A stretch of DNA of 64,000 nt, taken from positions 64,001-128,000 of IMG/VR virus record IMGVR_UViG_3300032315_001401, one strand, 5' to 3'. The notes under the pieces were generated by a model. The model was not told the origin of the DNA and ran no database searches. It saw only the letters and a program-made list of their open reading frames with translations. Shown one piece after another: positions 59,813-64,000 of the stretch. The position numbers were made by a program, and so were the translations under genes. Within the stretch, counting starts at the first letter, position 1. Each line of letters begins with the position of its first letter. Source of the stretch: a virus.

Positions 59813-59958
59813 TACCTCTTTCCTTGCCCTCTATACTTTTTACGAGCGGAATTACGAGAAGACGCTGAGTATTTAGTATTAGACCCACATCCTTGCCGAG
59901 TATTCTTTGGATGAGACTCAACTTCTTTTCCACCACTTAAAGATTTTTTGATTGCCAT
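59812..59958 (-). CDS. Small basic protein (48 aa)
   Basis: Not in the ORF track. MAIKKSLSGGKEVESHPKNTRQGCGSNTKYSASSRNSARKKYRGQGKR; TAATG coupling to the next gene. Confidence 0.65.
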   Translation of the reverse strand: MAIKKSLSGGKEVESHPKNTRQGCGSNTKYSASSRNSARKKYRGQGKR

Positions 59959-59961
59959 AAG

Positions 59962-60123
59962 TTATTCTCCAATAATTTCAGTTTCAAGTTCTTCAGGTCG
60001 TGGAGAACCTGTCTGATAGAATTCGATTGACAGGTCCTCCATAACTTCGAAATATTCTTCCTCTGTGAGTGAGGAATAAATTTTTCTTCCTTTACAAAGA
60101 ATATTGTAAGATTCGTTAGTCAT
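59962..60123 (-). CDS. Small conserved hypothetical protein
   Basis: MTNESYNILCKGRKIYSSLTEEEYFEVMEDLS..FY.TG.P; start trimmed to avoid overlap with the upstream gene. Confidence 0.65.
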   Translation of the reverse strand: MTNESYNILCKGRKIYSSLTEEEYFEVMEDLSIEFYQTGSPRPEELETEIIGE

Positions 60124-60124
60124 C

Positions 60125-60883
60125 TCAAATGATTCTTGTTTTTTCGTGCCCAACGCGAATGCGAGGATCGCACCAAATTTCAAATCCCGATTCCTTTGCA
60201 TCCAAACAGAATGATACATCTTCTCCACACATGTCCTGAACCTCACCAGATTCAAATACTTGCATTTTGGGTGCAAACCATGGATACTTCATTTCGGAGT
60301 GCTCAAAGACACCATGCTTAATCAGCAACCAACCAAAACCTGCATAATCTACAGTGAATGGTTTACGACGCTTTGAGATGCTTTCAACGGTTTCGTGATT
60401 CATCACACCACCATTATTTCTGAAGTCATCTTCTTCCATCCAATGAGCAACCGAAGTCGTGTGCCCATCTTCTGTTGCATACCAACCAGAAGCAATGTCT
60501 CTGTCCATCAGAACCAATTGCCAAAACTTTTCAGTGTTGAAAACAATGTCAGAGTCAATCCAGAGTTGCCAATCATATTTCAGTTTACCATCCCAAGGAA
60601 TTTGGTCTGGTCCACGAAGAACATTTGCCCCAAGACACTTGCAACGTGCAAAGTTGACCATTGAGGAATAGTCTTGTGAGATTTGAATACTTGCGCCGCT
60701 TTGCACCAAATCAAAACAGAGTTGTACAAAGTTTTTCAGATAGGTATATGAAACACCTCTACCTGGAAGACAAAAGACAATCGACTTGCCTTTCACCATT
60801 TCTCTTGCAAGATTATAGTCCCATTCCTCTGTTGGTTTTTGAGTAGCGGGCGATTTTGCTTTTACCGTAAATCCTTTAGCCAT
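60125..60883 (-). CDS. Glycosyltransferase-like protein (GT-A fold)
   Basis: SSMVNFARCKCLG, DxD motif LWIDSDIVF, GFGWLLIK..VFE, GEDVSFC, IRVGHEK. Confidence 0.7.
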   Translation of the reverse strand: MAKGFTVKAKSPATQKPTEEWDYNLAREMVKGKSIVFCLPGRGVSYTYLKNFVQLCFDLVQSGASIQISQDYSSMVNFARCKCLGANVLRGPDQIPWDGKLKYDWQLWIDSDIVFNTEKFWQLVLMDRDIASGWYATEDGHTTSVAHWMEEDDFRNNGGVMNHETVESISKRRKPFTVDYAGFGWLLIKHGVFEHSEMKYPWFAPKMQVFESGEVQDMCGEDVSFCLDAKESGFEIWCDPRIRVGHEKTRII

Positions 60884-60930
60884 AATAGAAAGCAGTTACT
60901 TCAGTATCATACAACATTATCTATAAGAAG

Positions 60931-61101
60931 TCAATCTGCCTCTGAGAGAATGACTTCAGATCCATCCATAGTAAAGCATATCTTAGTATCTTCATACCAA
61001 GAAAGTTCATTCATAATTTGCTCTGGAATTTTGATGAAGTAGTCTCCACTAATTGGATCAACCTCTATGGGCTCAAAAATATTCCCGGAATTTTTTTTCA
61101 T
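60931..61101 (-). CDS. Small AbrB/MazE-like DNA-binding protein
   Basis: IEVDPISGDYFIKIPEQIMNELSWYEDTKICF matches the swapped-hairpin pattern (IP..I...L.W). Confidence 0.5.
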   Translation of the reverse strand: MKKNSGNIFEPIEVDPISGDYFIKIPEQIMNELSWYEDTKICFTMDGSEVILSEAD

Positions 61102-61322
61102 TTCTATAAAACCTTTTTTCGTTTTTATATAGGGAAAAAAATTTTTATAATGAGAGTAATAATTAGCTCGCTTCCGTAACACTTTGTAGGTTACAGGGAC
61201 CCATCGATTTTATATACGGGGGGGTTATCTTATAACGCGCCGCCGGCGGGGGCGGGCACAATACCCGGACCCCTGCCAAACACGAACGAATGGCACTGCC
61301 CCTCACGAACAACGCAAGGGGG

Positions 61323-61613
61323 TCAGGCACCCCGACGCTCCAGAGCAGCAGCGCGGCGATCGTTGCGGTACTGATCACGGGCACGGATCATCACTGCCTC
61401 AAGGTCAGCAACCATCACGCTGCCCAACCCTGTGACGCGGGTGATGGTCAGACCCTTACCCGAACCAACGGCGTGGGACGAACCACCGGCAGGCAGATCA
61501 GAATCACGAACGGAACCAATAGCAGCACCCCGCCCGTGTTGAGAGTTACGGCTGAGGGTCTCGCCCTTACGGGGACCGCGACGGGGCAGGCGGGTGACGG
61601 TGTAAACAGTCAT
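61323..61613 (-). CDS. Early-region hypothetical protein (96 aa)
   Basis: MTVYTVTRLPRRGPRKGE...; ATG just downstream of the TACAAT cassette at 61640-61645. Confidence 0.65.
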   Translation of the reverse strand: MTVYTVTRLPRRGPRKGETLSRNSQHGRGAAIGSVRDSDLPAGGSSHAVGSGKGLTITRVTGLGSVMVADLEAVMIRARDQYRNDRRAAALERRGA

Positions 61614-61662
61614 CGGTTCAGGGGGTGTCGGTTGAGAGTATTGTAGCAGGTCGGCGGAGGGG

Positions 61663-61875
61663 TCACCCCCATTGAGTGCTGCGCCACCCGCTGATGGGGC
61701 AGGGGGCAACGTCACCAGCAAGGGTCTCTGAATACTGGGCGGCGAGGGCAGCGGCAGGCACCCCCCAATGAATGTAGGCGGAGGGGCGGGAACCGTTCTT
61801 CAGTTGGTCAGCACGGGAGATCCACTTGACCTGACGGGTCGCGAGGTCAGAGCAGGCAGCAAGGGGGAAACGCAT
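61663..61875 (-). CDS. Early-region hypothetical protein (70 aa)
   Basis: Preceded by TTGACC-N18-TAGAAT (61903-61932). Confidence 0.6.
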   Translation of the reverse strand: MRFPLAACSDLATRQVKWISRADQLKNGSRPSAYIHWGVPAAALAAQYSETLAGDVAPCPISGWRSTQWG

Positions 61876-61928
61876 CGGGTGTCGGTTGCGGTTGACTTTG
61901 AAATTCTACAGGGTCAGGTGGGCAGGGG

Positions 61929-62117
61929 TCAATACCCCAACCAGACCAAAAACTCACCGGCATCTACAGGTCCGAATTTGGCGGTCGTCCCGTAGTCGGT
62001 GCGGAAGTCATCCCAGAGGGAATGGTCCTTTGCTGCCTGGCAGGCGGTGCTCCAACGAATGCACCCGTTATCATCGGCGCAGTTCAGGAGCAGGGCAGGG
62101 AAGGTGGCGAAGGTCAT
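61929..62117 (-). CDS. Early-region hypothetical protein (62 aa)
   Basis: MTFATFPALL...EFLVWLGY; own promoter cassette. Confidence 0.65.
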   Translation of the reverse strand: MTFATFPALLLNCADDNGCIRWSTACQAAKDHSLWDDFRTDYGTTAKFGPVDAGEFLVWLGY

Positions 62118-62165
62118 CGGTCGGTGTCGGTTGACTTGAGAGTATTGTAGCAGGTCGGGAGGGGG

Positions 62166-62357
62166 TCAACCCTCCCACTCATCCTCTGGGGTCAGCACAC
62201 AGACCAACGATTCCAGATGGCAGCAGTAGCTGTAGTCCTTCCCATGATGGCGGACCTTCCACACTGGGGCACCAGGCAGGTTGGCAGTGTGGGGACTCAT
62301 TTCAATTCGCTCCACACCGTAGGGGGCAAGCATGACCATCGCTTCGGAGATGAGCAT
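62166..62357 (-). CDS. Early-region hypothetical protein (63 aa)
   Basis: Own promoter cassette at 62371-62398. Confidence 0.6.
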   Translation of the reverse strand: MLISEAMVMLAPYGVERIEMSPHTANLPGAPVWKVRHHGKDYSYCCHLESLVCVLTPEDEWEG

Positions 62358-62404
62358 CGGAGGGGGGGTTGGTTGACTTGAGAGTATTGTAGCAGGTCAG
62401 GGGG

Positions 62405-62566
62405 TCACTGCCCGTCTGTGTAGTCTCCGATGATGACCCCGTTGCAGCGGACCTGGGCGTACCCGTACTCCTCAGACAGGGAGAGGCAGAGGTCCCATGC
62501 GCGGTCCTCATCGGTGGTCGTGTTCTCCCAGGGAGCGGAAGGGCAGATAACGTCGTAGCGGGTCAT
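62405..62566 (-). CDS. Early-region hypothetical protein (53 aa)
   Basis: MTRYDVICPSAPWENTTTDEDRAWDLCLSLSEEYGYAQVR...; TACACT box at 62591-62596. Confidence 0.65.
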   Translation of the reverse strand: MTRYDVICPSAPWENTTTDEDRAWDLCLSLSEEYGYAQVRCNGVIIGDYTDGQ

Positions 62567-62635
62567 GAGGTCGTTTGCTTTGGTTCCCATAGTGTAAACC
62601 CCCCACCCGCGTCAGCAGGCAGGGGGTGTGCGGTT

Positions 62636-62776
62636 TCAGAATTGGACCTCCTGCAGGGTCGGGGCGTCAGCAGGCGCAGCATCCCCAGATTCAGCGGTCA
62701 GGGTCTCCAGAATCTGCAGCAGTTCGGCGCCATTAGCAGCGCGATTCAGCAGGGCAACGGCAAGGTCAGCGGTCAT
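62636..62776 (-). CDS. Early-region hypothetical protein (46 aa)
   Basis: MTADLAVALLNRAANGAELLQILETL...; TACAAT at 62832-62837. Confidence 0.6.
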   Translation of the reverse strand: MTADLAVALLNRAANGAELLQILETLTAESGDAAPADAPTLQEVQF

Positions 62777-62842
62777 GGTTGAAATAGGGTTGAGGTTTGC
62801 TGGGCGTCTTTCAGGGCGCACCCGCTCCCGTATTGTATCAGG

Positions 62843-63004
62843 TCAGCGGGCGAACTGTGCCAGACTGCTGGGAGCGACGTGAGCAGGCGACCCGCAGGAC
62901 CGGTAGAAGTCTACCATGCTCTGTGCTTCCTCCAGGGTGGGGAACCACTGGGAGCGCCACTCGCAAGCGTTGTAGGGGGTCTGGTAGCGGACTTCGATTC
63001 GCAT
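62843..63004 (-). CDS. Early-region hypothetical protein (53 aa)
   Basis: MRIEVRYQTPYNACEWRSQWF...; TTGACC-N16-TAGAAT upstream. Confidence 0.65.
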   Translation of the reverse strand: MRIEVRYQTPYNACEWRSQWFPTLEEAQSMVDFYRSCGSPAHVAPSSLAQFAR

Positions 63005-63071
63005 GGGGTTGGTTGCGTTGTGAGAGAATTCTAGCAGATCAGGGGCAGGGGTCAACCTGCCCCGTAGGGGG

Positions 63072-63251
63072 TCAGCGGATCACCTTGACCACTTCGCCCT
63101 TGTGGCGAATCACGATGGAGGTGAAGGAGGGGTGGAACCCCTTGGCGCTGCGAACGGCACCTGCCAGGGAGGTGCAGTGGGTCATGCAGGATGCTGCATC
63201 GGGGGTGGAAGCAGCAACAACGGTGAAGTCGCGGGTCTTGGTGGTTGCCAT
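63072..63251 (-). CDS. Early-region hypothetical protein (59 aa)
   Basis: Not in the ORF track. MATTKTRDFTVVAASTPDAASCMTHCTSLAGAVRSAKGFHPSFTSIVIRHKGEVVKVIR; TAGAAT cassette at 63276-63281. Confidence 0.6.
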   Translation of the reverse strand: MATTKTRDFTVVAASTPDAASCMTHCTSLAGAVRSAKGFHPSFTSIVIRHKGEVVKVIR

Positions 63252-63317
63252 GGGGTGGGGTTGTGAACTGAGAGAATTCTAGCAGGTCAGGGGGTCGGGT
63301 GTGACCCCCCAGCGGGT

Positions 63318-63578
63318 TTAGAAGTCGAACACGTCGCCGTTGATTTCAGCGCGGTTGACTTTAGGGTCGTCCCACTTCACACCGTCCGGGGTCTCTTTGG
63401 TGCCAAATTGATAGAATGCCTCCAGCAGTTCTTCATAGCAGCAGACATCATTTTCCTGAATGAAGTTATGAATGCTCTCATCATTCTCAATCCAGAGCAC
63501 AACATTCCAGGTCTCATAATTGGTCCAACCGTTGTAGGTTTGGTCGGTGAGGCAGGTCTGGTAGGTAGTGGCAGGCAT
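63318..63578 (-). CDS. Early-region protein with YNGWTNYETW motif (widespread phage family of unknown function)
   Basis: 86 aa; YNGWTNYETWNVVLWIEND...TPDGVKW. Confidence 0.75.
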   Translation of the reverse strand: MPATTYQTCLTDQTYNGWTNYETWNVVLWIENDESIHNFIQENDVCCYEELLEAFYQFGTKETPDGVKWDDPKVNRAEINGDVFDF

Positions 63579-63651
63579 TGGTTTGTCTGTGGTTGACTTG
63601 TTAATTGTAAGGGGTCAGGTGGGGGGTTGGTGCCCCCCTTGTGCCAGTTCG

Positions 63652-63837
63652 TCAGGCGGCACACAGGGCAGAGTCCATGCAGACCTCGCGGGTCTCCACC
63701 AGCACGTAGTCTACTGCAATCTGCTGCTCCAGCTCATGAGCGTAGGCGTCAGCAGCAGAGCGGCAATCGAACAGGCGAAGGGTGCTAAAGTCCTGCCCTT
63801 CATAGTCGGCACCAGCGATGACAGCGTAGACTTGCAT
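63652..63837 (-). CDS. Early-region hypothetical protein (61 aa)
   Basis: MQVYAVIAGADYEGQDF..LRLFDC; own TACAAT cassette. Confidence 0.7.
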   Translation of the reverse strand: MQVYAVIAGADYEGQDFSTLRLFDCRSAADAYAHELEQQIAVDYVLVETREVCMDSALCAA

Positions 63838-63899
63838 GGGTTGCTCCGTTTGGTTGACTTGTTAATTGTAAAGGGTCAGGGTGGGGTCTGTGGGGTGGT

Positions 63900-63927
63900 A
63901 GTGTGCCACCTTATCAACTGGCACACT
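63900..63927. promoter_or_regulatory. Perfect dyad AGTGTGCCA-N10-TGGCACACT
   Basis: 9-bp inverted repeat with a 10-nt spacer; degenerate copies at 3144, 5363, 6337 and 63641. Confidence 0.7.
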
Positions 63928-64000
63928 GGAAGCGCCCGCTGTTGAAATTATGGTATGAAAAGACCTCACGGTTCACCAGTTTGAACATACCAAACTCATT
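63914..64000 (-). CDS. C-terminal end of a gene that begins beyond the window
   Basis: Open frame NEFGMFKLVNREVFSYHNFNSGRFQCAS-stop; the stop lies inside the dyad. Confidence 0.45.
   Translation of the reverse strand, partial: NEFGMFKLVNREVFSYHNFNSGRFQCAS

Larger units (their letters stand above)
61630..63880 (-). repeat. Dispersed family of ten early promoter-like cassettes
   Basis: Consensus (C)TGACC(T/C)(G/T)(C/A/T)TA(C/G)AAT..(CAAGTCAACC). -10 boxes at 61640, 61903, 62144, 62386, 62591 (TACACT variant), 62832, 63028, 63276, 63604 and 63865. 62129-62156 equals 62371-62398 (28 bp identical). Confidence 0.85.

Noticed and set aside
62131-62170. Plus-strand -35 TTGACT within the early cassettes as an antisense promoter
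   Set aside because: No -10 hexamer at 16-18 nt spacing; it is the reverse complement of the conserved leader AGTCAA.
61600-63900. CRISPR array or integron attC array
   Set aside because: Repeats are degenerate, contain -10 boxes and are separated by 150-300 bp ORFs rather than 30-40 bp spacers; no clear GTTRRRY core sites or cas/intI gene in the window.
61768-63945. Plus-strand ORFs in the GC-rich region (e.g. 62797-63282, 63568-63945)
   Set aside because: Expected by chance at high GC; every promoter cassette and leader points to the minus-strand ORFs.
1-64000. tRNA, rRNA, group I intron or photosynthesis genes (psbA, hli)
   Set aside because: No cloverleaf, intron interruption or matching protein motifs seen by eye; a tRNAscan/Infernal run would be needed to exclude small RNAs fully.

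Overview
The window is a contiguous 64-kb segment of a T4-like myovirus genome, most similar in gene content to cyanomyoviruses (Kyanoviridae-like). A GC-rich freshwater picocyanobacterial host is inferred, not shown. Essentially all real genes are on the minus strand. From low to high coordinates: a denV-like glycosylase, gp45, a CobS/CobT-like AAA+/vWA pair, two late-expressed repeat-module proteins, gp46/gp47, gp55, uvsW/uvsY, the head and tail module (gp3, gp23, gp22, gp21, gp20, gp19, gp18), terminase, neck (gp15/14/13), baseplate (a DUF4815-like protein, gp8, gp7, gp6, gp25), speD, and an abruptly GC-rich terminal region (~61.2-63.9 kb) with ten small ORFs, each behind its own promoter-like cassette. 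The highlights are: (1) a fractured large-terminase gene carrying an atypically split intein (29-aa IntN, 103-aa IntC) with a free-standing GIY-YIG endonuclease between the halves; (2) the array of early promoter/ORF cassettes and a recurring GTGCCA-N10-TGGCAC dyad plus stem-loop element; (3) late proteins built from an acidic ~40-aa repeat and basic modules, which look like protease-processed capsid cargo; (4) an unannotated NblA-like ORF; (5) a strong antisense sigma70-type promoter back-to-back with gp55. Family assignments come from recognised motifs and gene order, with no database searches. No tRNA, rRNA or CRISPR array was seen.
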